A stretch of DNA of 11,718 bases, taken from Nitrospirota bacterium. GTDB taxonomy: Bacteria > Nitrospirota > Thermodesulfovibrionia > Thermodesulfovibrionales > Dissulfurispiraceae. How positions within the stretch are numbered: position 1 is the first letter of the stretch; every line of letters starts with the position of its first letter. The notes under the pieces were generated by a model that was not told where the DNA came from, searched no databases, and worked only from the letters and a program-made list of their open reading frames with translations. Shown in pieces: positions 5,158-11,718 of this stretch. The stretch spans positions 1 to 11,718 of the forward strand of contig JBFLWF010000051.1 of assembly GCA_040758355.1 (NCBI GenBank). The letters are read 5' to 3'. The translations under genes were made by a program, and so were the position numbers.

Positions 5158-5706
5158 ATGAAACAGGTAGTCGCAGCCGTACCCCCTGAGGATAGTATAC
5201 TATCCTCAGGGAAAAAAGAAAAACTGTATTATCGCATCCTCGCCGATGCCCGTAGGGCGCGGGTTTACGGCGGTTGGGCCGAAGATGTGGCTCACGAGGC
5301 GTGGATCATCGCCACACAGCGAGGGTATTACCATCCTCGCATGCTCCGCGAGGCGGCAAGAAATCTGGGTTTGTGGCGAGAGGCTGCCACAGAACAGCTA
5401 CAGGAGCGGATTTGCGAGGATGACCCCGAAAAAATTTTCGAGAAAAATCAAAAAATCCAGGCTGTCCGGGCCGTCTTGAAAAAATTATCTTGCCGATGCC
5501 AACTCGTTGTTTTTCTTCACTTTTTTAAGGGGATGAGCCTGCGAAATATAGCGAAAATGAGCGGCGAAAACCTGACGGCGGTCTACGCCTGCCTGAAACA
5601 GGCTGAGGCCGCGCTGCGCGTGCATCTTGCTGATTTCGCGCCTGAGGCACGGCGTGAATCCGCTTCTGGTGCGGATTTGCCGCTTTTTAAGGAGGTGGCG
5701 GCATGA
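5158..5706 (+). CDS. ECF-like sigma-70 factor / sigma region-4 HTH protein
   Basis: Region-2-like AEDVAHEAWI and ...EAARNL; region-4 pattern LKKLSCRCQLVVFLHFFKGMSLRNIAKMSGENLTAVYACLKQA; strong RBS. Confidence 0.7.
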   Translation: MKQVVAAVPPEDSILSSGKKEKLYYRILADARRARVYGGWAEDVAHEAWIIATQRGYYHPRMLREAARNLGLWREAATEQLQERICEDDPEKIFEKNQKIQAVRAVLKKLSCRCQLVVFLHFFKGMSLRNIAKMSGENLTAVYACLKQAEAALRVHLADFAPEARRESASGADLPLFKEVAA

Positions 5707-6548
5707 GCGACCTGATCACCCTGAAGACTCATAGAAACGAAAAGTTTTCAACTATCTATCTGGGCGCGATTGAGGATCCGCGCCTTTCATGGAAGGCGAA
5801 AGGCATTCATACATACTTGATTTCGCGACCCACGGGGTGGAAAGTCAGACTCGCTGATTTGTTGCGTCGCGCCGGCGACGGGAAGGCAAGTTTGTTGAGG
5901 GGAATCGGTGAACTGAAAGATCATGGTTATGTCGTAATCACCCGGACTAACGACGAAAAAGGTAGATTTACAGGAACCCTATGGGAAGTGTATGAGGGGT
6001 CTCAAACCGTTGAGAAAAGCCAATCTTGTCCATACTCCGATTTTCCAGACACGGAAAAACCGGAATCCGGAAAACCCGTATACGGAAAATCAGACCATAT
6101 AATATATAACAGTACTAATATAGACCATACTAATATAACAACAACACCCACCCACCACCCTGTTGTCGTTTCTGAGGGAAAAGAAAAAGACAACGGCTTT
6201 ATGGAGGCCATATCAGAAGGCGCGATTCGCGCCGCGATGAAAGCTTATCGGCCTGAAGCCCATGCAGCCTACCAGCCTGAAACGGCCATGGAAGGGATTC
6301 GGCGCATACTGTCGTGGATGTGTATGATGCCGCGTCCTAAAAATCCAGCGGGATTCCTTCTTTCGATGGCCCGCAAGGGCATGGACAAGCCTGCCGCTGT
6401 GGTTCGTGCCGAGCAGGAAGCTGAGGCAGAACGCCGAGAAGCCGAGGAGAGGCGCCGGAGGCGGGAGGAGGAGGAGAAAATCCGGAGCGATGACATCGGC
6501 GAGGAAGTGCGAAAATTTGTTAAGCAATTCTGCAGGGCGGCGGTATGA
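5703..6548 (+). CDS. Phage/ICE-type HTH replication initiator (replisome-organizer-like)
   Basis: DPRLSWKAKGIHTYLISRPTGW...DGKASLLRGIGELKDHGYV winged-HTH; P-spaced pentapeptide linker with an N/T-rich tract; C-terminal KNPAGFL. ATGA overlap with the sigma gene and a GGAGGT RBS. Confidence 0.7.
   Translation: MSDLITLKTHRNEKFSTIYLGAIEDPRLSWKAKGIHTYLISRPTGWKVRLADLLRRAGDGKASLLRGIGELKDHGYVVITRTNDEKGRFTGTLWEVYEGSQTVEKSQSCPYSDFPDTEKPESGKPVYGKSDHIIYNSTNIDHTNITTTPTHHPVVVSEGKEKDNGFMEAISEGAIRAAMKAYRPEAHAAYQPETAMEGIRRILSWMCMMPRPKNPAGFLLSMARKGMDKPAAVVRAEQEAEAERREAEERRRRREEEEKIRSDDIGEEVRKFVKQFCRAAV
6030..6137 (+). repeat. 15-bp period iteron-like repeats plus an AT-rich tract inside rep (candidate oriV)
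   Basis: CCATACTCCGATTTT / CCAGACACGGAAAAA / CCGGAATCCGGAAAA / CCCGTATACGGAAAA, then TACTAATATA at 6113 and 6128. Confidence 0.6.
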
Positions 6549-6568
6549 ATTACGCCGCCGCTGTTTTT

Positions 6569-6871
6569 CTATTTCGCTTTTACTGGAGCGCCAAATCTCT
6601 TAAGGGAGAAAAGCACATCCGAAGCAAGGAGATTCCCTTTTATCCCGGCCTCCAAAAAGATATCCATTGCCTCTATTGTGTTTATACCCAAGAGCCTTGC
6701 AGCTTCCCGAAGGGTGATCTTCCCTTGTTTGTAGAGATTTCCCAAGTAGGTTTCAAATCCGATCCTGATAAGCTTTCTCATAGCGGACGACTCTTCTATT
6801 TTTTCTTCGTTCTTAACTACCTCAAGAGCGGACAATATCTCTTCCGGGATGCGTATGGATTTTGTTTTCAT
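6569..6871 (-). CDS. UPF0175-family antitoxin-like protein
   Basis: MKTKSIRIPEE (RHH-like) and LYKQGKITLREAARLLGI. ATG 6871 overlaps the PIN stop (ATGA). Confidence 0.85.
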   Translation of the reverse strand: MKTKSIRIPEEILSALEVVKNEEKIEESSAMRKLIRIGFETYLGNLYKQGKITLREAARLLGINTIEAMDIFLEAGIKGNLLASDVLFSLKRFGAPVKAK

Positions 6872-7338
6872 TGCAGCCTCCAATTCTCTAATACCAGCTT
6901 AACGGTATTGTATTCATCATCGCTCACAAATGGCGATAAGTCCTCCAGTTTCTCAGTTGCCTCTTTTACAGTTAAAACTCCTTCTTTTAACAGTATAACA
7001 ATAAACACCGAGGGTGTTATATATGGGATATCTAAGAGGCGCAATTTTCTAATAAATTTTTTATCATCGCTGCATACAGCAGTAAATTTACTTTGCCGAT
7101 ATAAAGACAATATCGTATCTTCGCCTTTTATGCCTGCTGTTGCAGCCTTGCTTACAAGCAAAAGCTTCTTATCGATGTTTTCTTTGATTATAGCTGCATC
7201 AGGCCGATCACCGGCATTATCTAAAACTTCTTTCTTTACAAGAAGCGGTATAACTACCGAGAAATGTTTGCATACCAGTTCTTTAAGCTTGGATTTTGTC
7301 AGCTTAATTAGACAATCGGCATCCATTAATACTTTCAT
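6868..7338 (-). CDS. PIN-domain (VapC/DUF3368-like) toxin-type nuclease
   Basis: MKVLMDADCLI, VKKEV, GE and SDDKKF acidic PIN motifs. Confidence 0.85.
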   Translation of the reverse strand: MKVLMDADCLIKLTKSKLKELVCKHFSVVIPLLVKKEVLDNAGDRPDAAIIKENIDKKLLLVSKAATAGIKGEDTILSLYRQSKFTAVCSDDKKFIRKLRLLDIPYITPSVFIVILLKEGVLTVKEATEKLEDLSPFVSDDEYNTVKLVLENWRLQ

Positions 7339-7345
7339 GTATTAC

Positions 7346-7374
7346 ATTGTAAGAAATATATGGCAATTTGTCAA
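7346..7374 (-). promoter_or_regulatory. Near-consensus sigma70 promoter for the PIN-UPF0175 operon (leaderless)
   Basis: TTGACA (7374-7369), 17 bp, TACAAT (7351-7346), 7 nt, ATG. Confidence 0.75.
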
Positions 7375-7456
7375 ATTTAAAAAATCAAATCCCAAACAAA
7401 ATGGGGTTTCGATGCATTTTATATGGTAGAAACCAAGAAATCAGGAGGTGGAAAAA

Positions 7457-7762
7457 ATGACAGAAAGGCTTATCACAGTTGACGAAGTGGCTGAAATGCT
7501 GGGGTTTACAACACAGGGTGTCTACTCGCTCGTCTTTAAAAAGAAAATACCGGCAGTGAAAATCAGCAAACGTGCTTTAAGATTCAGACCCTCGGATATC
7601 GAGGCCTGGCTTCAGGAGAAAACCCAGCAGCCAGTGCAAGCTGCCATTTCGCAGCAGCCAGCACGAAAAAGCCCGGGCAGGCCGAGGAAGAACGGCACAG
7701 TAAGAAATGATTATGTTAACCACATAATCGAAAGCGCTAAAAAGGAGGTTTTAAATGTCTAA
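7457..7762 (+). CDS. Excisionase/AlpA-like HTH DNA-binding protein with an AT-hook-like motif
   Basis: LITVDEVAEMLGFTTQGVYSLV...IPAVKI...LRFRPSDIEAWL (HTH_17-like) and RKSPGRPRK. GGAGG at 7444-7448 favours ATG 7457. Confidence 0.85.
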   Translation: MTERLITVDEVAEMLGFTTQGVYSLVFKKKIPAVKISKRALRFRPSDIEAWLQEKTQQPVQAAISQQPARKSPGRPRKNGTVRNDYVNHIIESAKKEVLNV

Positions 7763-8084
7763 TCTATTTAAGATTTTACTTTTCACAAGTCCGGTGCTGG
7801 GTTTGTTTTTCTACTATGTCGTCTCTGAACAGTCAAGGATCAACACCGAGATAAAAAAAGACGATGCTGCATTTGAACGGTCATGGAATGAGGATGAGGC
7901 AGACTTTGCGAAGGGTAAAGAGCAGAAGCAGAAATACCTTGATCGTGCAGCAAAGGCAGAGGAGAAGCTCAAAGAGCTTGAACAGAAGGAAAAAGAGAAA
8001 GAGCAGAAGTCCGAGAAGTTTAAAAAGGACTTTGAGAAGGCCATTGAGGATTATGAAAAAGAACAACAGAAAGGAGGTAGTTAA
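7755..8084 (+). CDS. Membrane-anchored coiled-coil protein
   Basis: N-terminal hydrophobic segment and E/K-rich coil; AAGGAGG RBS; overlaps both neighbours. Confidence 0.8.
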   Translation: MSNLFKILLFTSPVLGLFFYYVVSEQSRINTEIKKDDAAFERSWNEDEADFAKGKEQKQKYLDRAAKAEEKLKELEQKEKEKEQKSEKFKKDFEKAIEDYEKEQQKGGS

Positions 8085-8425
8085 TGAACGATATTAAAGC
8101 CCTTGCGCGGAGCATCGTAAGATATGAGTTATTCGTCATCCATAATGCACCATCATTCATTCTCGATAAAGAGACTGAACTGATTGTCAAGAGATCAGTT
8201 AATGTGTCCCCGCTCGACCTGCAAAGTGCTATCGAGGAGGTTGTAGTAGATAGGCTGCAGGAATCAGTTAGTCTCGAATGTCTCAAATGTATCCATTCCG
8301 TCGATTGTTTCGACATCGAGGATGCACTTATTAGCGCCTTAGAGACTAAATACAGCGTCAATAGAGATACAATCAGGAGTAAGCTCTTTGATAGCCTTGC
8401 CCACGCAACAGTAAGCTCGTTATGA
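8084..8425 (+). CDS. Hypothetical protein (113 aa) upstream of the relaxase
   Basis: AAGGAGG RBS, TAATG overlap, contains CLKC. Confidence 0.75.
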   Translation: MNDIKALARSIVRYELFVIHNAPSFILDKETELIVKRSVNVSPLDLQSAIEEVVVDRLQESVSLECLKCIHSVDCFDIEDALISALETKYSVNRDTIRSKLFDSLAHATVSSL

Positions 8426-8432
8426 CGACTTT

Positions 8433-8487
8433 GGGATATAGGACGATAATTCCTATATCCCTAAAATAGAAAAGGGCTTTAAAAGCC
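8433..8487. other. Candidate oriT / protein-binding inverted repeats
   Basis: GGGATATAGGA-CGATAAT-TCCTATATCCC (11-7-11, perfect) and GGCTTT-A-AAAGCC, followed by an AT-rich tract, directly 5' of the relaxase. Confidence 0.4.
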
Positions 8488-8547
8488 TTAAATTAAAAGT
8501 CAGTTTGTTATGTTTTTATATGTTTTTAAAATATTTTTTTCGGAGGG

Positions 8548-11500
8548 ATGATGGTAACTATAAGCGATATATATAACAAGCTTTCAGAGTATGAGAAAGA
8601 TAACTACTACCTGAAAGACGAGATGGGCAATGAATTAAAACCTCAGCTTATTGGTAACGGATGGGAGAAGTTAGCCGGGGGACAGGAGATTGAGATGAAC
8701 GAGAACACATACAAATCCCTTAAAGACGGTATTAATCCTTTTACATCAGAACAACTTGTACCTCCAGGCGTGAACGGAGAGAGACGACCAGGGTATAATC
8801 TCACGTTCAACCCACATAAATCGTTTAGTGTATTGGCTCACAGTAGCCATGAGTATAACCAGATTGTTAATAACCTCATAGATAAAGCTGTTAATGATGT
8901 TATGGCTTATTTTGAGAAACACCTTGTCCAGGTCAGGCAGACGCAAGCCGGCGTAACAGAGCCTGTTAAAACAGGAAATATGCTCGCCATGAGAGTTGAT
9001 CACAGTGTAAACCGAGATGGGGATATCCACAAGCATCCTCATATCGTTGTTTTTAATATGTCATATAACGAACAAACGGGGAAATGGCAGGCAGTGCATA
9101 GCGACCCGTTTCATACTGATTTACTCACTATACTATTCAACAATCAGCTTGCCTATTACGCAAAAGAAGCAGGATTGCCTATTGAATTTATAAAAAGCGA
9201 TTCTGGCCGAACCGAGTATGCAGCTATCGCAGGGGTGCCGGAAAAGGCAATCGAAGTAACATCAGAGCGTGCAAAACAAATAGACAAATATATTGAAGAC
9301 CACAGGGAAGAATTGCTTACTAAATACCCTAATGCCGGTGAAGGTGAGTTAAAACAAATCGCGGCTATAGAAACAAGGCAGGCAAAACAAGCTATGACCC
9401 CACAGGAAATACAGAAGCGATTTGAGGATAAGCTTGAAAAAAACGATCTTACTAAAGAGGGTATTGTTGACGCTGTTATTAATAAAGCACACGAATACCA
9501 GGGACGCGAGGATCAAAAGCTTGACCGGTATGAGGTTGTCAGAACAGCTGTAAATTCCTTGAGCGATTATCAATCCGTATTTTCCCATCAGGATATCCTG
9601 AAAAACTCGGCAGCCATCGCAAAAGGGGATGTTTCCTTGAAAGAAATAGAATATGCCCTAAAAGAACTCCGGGGCGAAAATATAAAGCTTAAAGAAACTC
9701 ATACCATCAAAAACGGCACGAGGACTTATGCCGATAGTCTTTATACCACAAAAGAGGTTATGGATGCAGAGAAAAAAATTCTAAACGCCGTCAAGGACGG
9801 GCAGGGGAAAGCCAGCCCTATTATGGACAGGGAGGCGGTTAATAATTTTCTTCAACAGAACCATCCTAAGCTCACTCAATCGCAGAAAGATACTCTTACT
9901 TTTCTTATGTCCAGCCATGACAGTATCAATGCAGTACAGGGTTTCGCCGGAACTGGAAAAACAACCGTGATGAAAACTGCAAGGGAGTTGTTAGATGCAA
10001 ATGGCTACAAGGCCGTTGGGCTGTCAGAGACCAACACCGCAGTCAATGAGATGAAAGCCGCAGGAATAGGTGATGCTATGACTGTATCAAAGTTTTTACA
10101 CTCTTATGCAGCGCAGAAATCGCTTGACGATAGAACTGTAGTTATTATTGATGAAAGCTCATTTTTGGGCAGTAAAAATTTTAGCAAGCTGATAGATATA
10201 GCTCAGCGGCAAGGATCCCGATTCTCGCTTTGGGGAGATAAAGATCAGTTGCCGCCAGTTGCCGCAGGTGGTATGTTTACTCACCTTATCGAGAACAAGA
10301 TTATTAATTATGTTGAGTTGAAGGATATCGTGAGGCAAAAGGACGAGGCATACAAAAGCGCCGTGTACGACATAATCAATAAAGACATATCAAGTGCTGT
10401 TAATAAAATTGAAGCTAAAGAGGACCTTCACGAGGTTACTTTCCAAAGTGTGAAAGAAAAAAATCCAAATCTCTCCGATAGAGAGATCCGTCAGTTGCAA
10501 CTCGAGGCCATAAGGGAAAAGACAGTTGAACTTTATGTGAAAAATGACGGCTACCGAAATTTTGTAGGTTCTGTTGCGACAAACGAACAGAGAAGCTGGT
10601 TAAATGAACGGATAAGGACAGAATTGCAGGGGAAAGGCGTTATCTCTAAAGAACAAGCTGATATTACTATATACGCAAGCAAAAACCTTTCGGATGTTGA
10701 AAGGTTTAAAGCCGATTCTTACGGTGTTGGAGACAAGCTGTATGTGATTAAAGGCGGAGCAGGCATTAAAGTAGGGTCAGAGCTTACAGTAAGCAGAGTG
10801 GATGCCGAGAAAAACAAAATTTATGCGACTGACAGCAAAGGCTTTGAGCGAGAGATAGACATCCGCAGACACGGTGAAAAGTTTGCAGCTTACAGCCCTG
10901 AGAAGATTCAGCTTGCCAAAGGAGATAAAGTAATTTTTAACAAATCAATCAAAGACGGTCCTGCTAACTCCGATATCGCATATGTCAAATCGGTCAATAA
11001 AGACGAAAAAGGTAATGTGAAGTCTGTAACTTTCGATTATATGGGAAAGGAATACACTACCGACTCTAAACACTTCGAACACGGATATGCTTATACTGCA
11101 TACAAAAGCCAGGGCAAAACCTCACAGGGAGTTATTTATACCGCAACAAAAACACAAGCAGAAGGGAAATATCAGGAGTTTTATGTTTCGATATCGAGAG
11201 GTAAGGAGAGAGCTATTATTGTAACAGATTCCAAAGAACAGTTAATTAAAGACGCCGCTAAAACTGTTGAGAAGGAAACCACCCTTAAATATACAAAATC
11301 GGGCGATATGGATAAGATTATTAACCATGAACTTAAGAAAGAACAAAGAGAACTTCTTAATGTAGACATACAGATTGCAAAACTGAAGGAAGAAGGGAAG
11401 GACACCGGCGCACTTGAACAGAAGAGAGCCGAGCATCAGGAGAAGATTAACATTCTCAGGGATGCACGGCAGGCGCTTAAAAACGATAGGGAGAATGTAC

Positions 11501-11697
11501 ACCAACAGAAGGAGGCCTATAATTTTAAGCCAGAGCTAAAGAAAAAGGGAGAAGCTTATTTCCGCATCGACAAGACAAAAGATAAAAATATCGGCTCATC
11601 GTGGAAGAGAGTGGGTAAACCGATGGACTTGAAGCGGTATAACATGGCTTCAAATAATGGGGAAAGAGCTTTCAAAGGGGCGAGAAAATCCGTATGA
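8548..11697 (+). CDS. trwC: MOBF conjugative relaxase-helicase (TrwC/TraI-like)
   Basis: DNYY; RPGYNLTFNPHKSFS; H152-x10-H163-x-H165. RecD-like helicase motifs QGFAGTGKTT, IIDES, GDKDQLPPV, IVRQ, HGYAYTAYKSQGKT and FYVSISRGK. Confidence 0.95.
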   Translation: MMVTISDIYNKLSEYEKDNYYLKDEMGNELKPQLIGNGWEKLAGGQEIEMNENTYKSLKDGINPFTSEQLVPPGVNGERRPGYNLTFNPHKSFSVLAHSSHEYNQIVNNLIDKAVNDVMAYFEKHLVQVRQTQAGVTEPVKTGNMLAMRVDHSVNRDGDIHKHPHIVVFNMSYNEQTGKWQAVHSDPFHTDLLTILFNNQLAYYAKEAGLPIEFIKSDSGRTEYAAIAGVPEKAIEVTSERAKQIDKYIEDHREELLTKYPNAGEGELKQIAAIETRQAKQAMTPQEIQKRFEDKLEKNDLTKEGIVDAVINKAHEYQGREDQKLDRYEVVRTAVNSLSDYQSVFSHQDILKNSAAIAKGDVSLKEIEYALKELRGENIKLKETHTIKNGTRTYADSLYTTKEVMDAEKKILNAVKDGQGKASPIMDREAVNNFLQQNHPKLTQSQKDTLTFLMSSHDSINAVQGFAGTGKTTVMKTARELLDANGYKAVGLSETNTAVNEMKAAGIGDAMTVSKFLHSYAAQKSLDDRTVVIIDESSFLGSKNFSKLIDIAQRQGSRFSLWGDKDQLPPVAAGGMFTHLIENKIINYVELKDIVRQKDEAYKSAVYDIINKDISSAVNKIEAKEDLHEVTFQSVKEKNPNLSDREIRQLQLEAIREKTVELYVKNDGYRNFVGSVATNEQRSWLNERIRTELQGKGVISKEQADITIYASKNLSDVERFKADSYGVGDKLYVIKGGAGIKVGSELTVSRVDAEKNKIYATDSKGFEREIDIRRHGEKFAAYSPEKIQLAKGDKVIFNKSIKDGPANSDIAYVKSVNKDEKGNVKSVTFDYMGKEYTTDSKHFEHGYAYTAYKSQGKTSQGVIYTATKTQAEGKYQEFYVSISRGKERAIIVTDSKEQLIKDAAKTVEKETTLKYTKSGDMDKIINHELKKEQRELLNVDIQIAKLKEEGKDTGALEQKRAEHQEKINILRDARQALKNDRENVHQQKEAYNFKPELKKKGEAYFRIDKTKDKNIGSSWKRVGKPMDLKRYNMASNNGERAFKGARKSV

Positions 11698-11718
11698 TTA
11701 CCGTATGGGAAAAAATAG

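Noticed and set aside
3885..6603. ORFs 3885-4139, 5246-5479, 6002-6211, 6213-6527, 6269-6496 and 6406-6603
   Set aside because: Alternative-frame or antisense overlaps of better-supported genes, with no recognisable motifs.
6545..7429. 294-aa + strand ORF
   Set aside because: It is antisense to two recognisable genes (PIN, UPF0175) and has the S/F/L-rich composition of a shadow frame. Only its ATGA-coupled start is noted.
7814..11505. Short ORFs overlapping 7755-8425 and the relaxase
   Set aside because: Antisense or off-frame shadows of E/K-rich coding sequence.
11690..11718. CCGTATG duplication at the relaxase stop, an 11-bp match to IS3 orfA (42-52, reverse), and a possible ATGA-coupled next gene (MITVWEKI...)
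   Set aside because: All are too short to distinguish from chance at the window edge; downstream sequence is needed.

Overview
An accessory, mobile-element-derived window in three parts. (1) 1-844 is insertion debris: the left end and orfA start of an IS3-family element, a doubly truncated fragment of a larger gene (possibly TraG-like), and the 3' half of an IS481-like transposase. (2) ~870-3388 is a dense + strand run of tiny genes. It includes four paralogous single-TM microproteins built from shuffled modules (three peptides here are missed by the ORF track), a DUF1640/CCDC90-like gene and a decayed BrnT/CopG-type toxin-antitoxin locus. A non-coding stretch follows (3389-3750) with three perfect IHF consensus sites and nested repeats (att/res/ori-like). 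(3) 3751-11697 is the core of a probable integrative/mobilizable element or plasmid. An XRE repressor diverges from an ECF-like sigma factor coupled to a phage-type HTH replication initiator with internal iteron-like repeats. These are followed by an inverted PIN/UPF0175 TA pair, an excisionase-like HTH with an AT-hook, two hypotheticals, a candidate oriT hairpin and a TrwC/TraI-like MOBF relaxase-helicase with atypical active-site residues. The most novel-looking signal is the module-swapped microprotein family. All family calls come from motif recognition by eye, not database searches.
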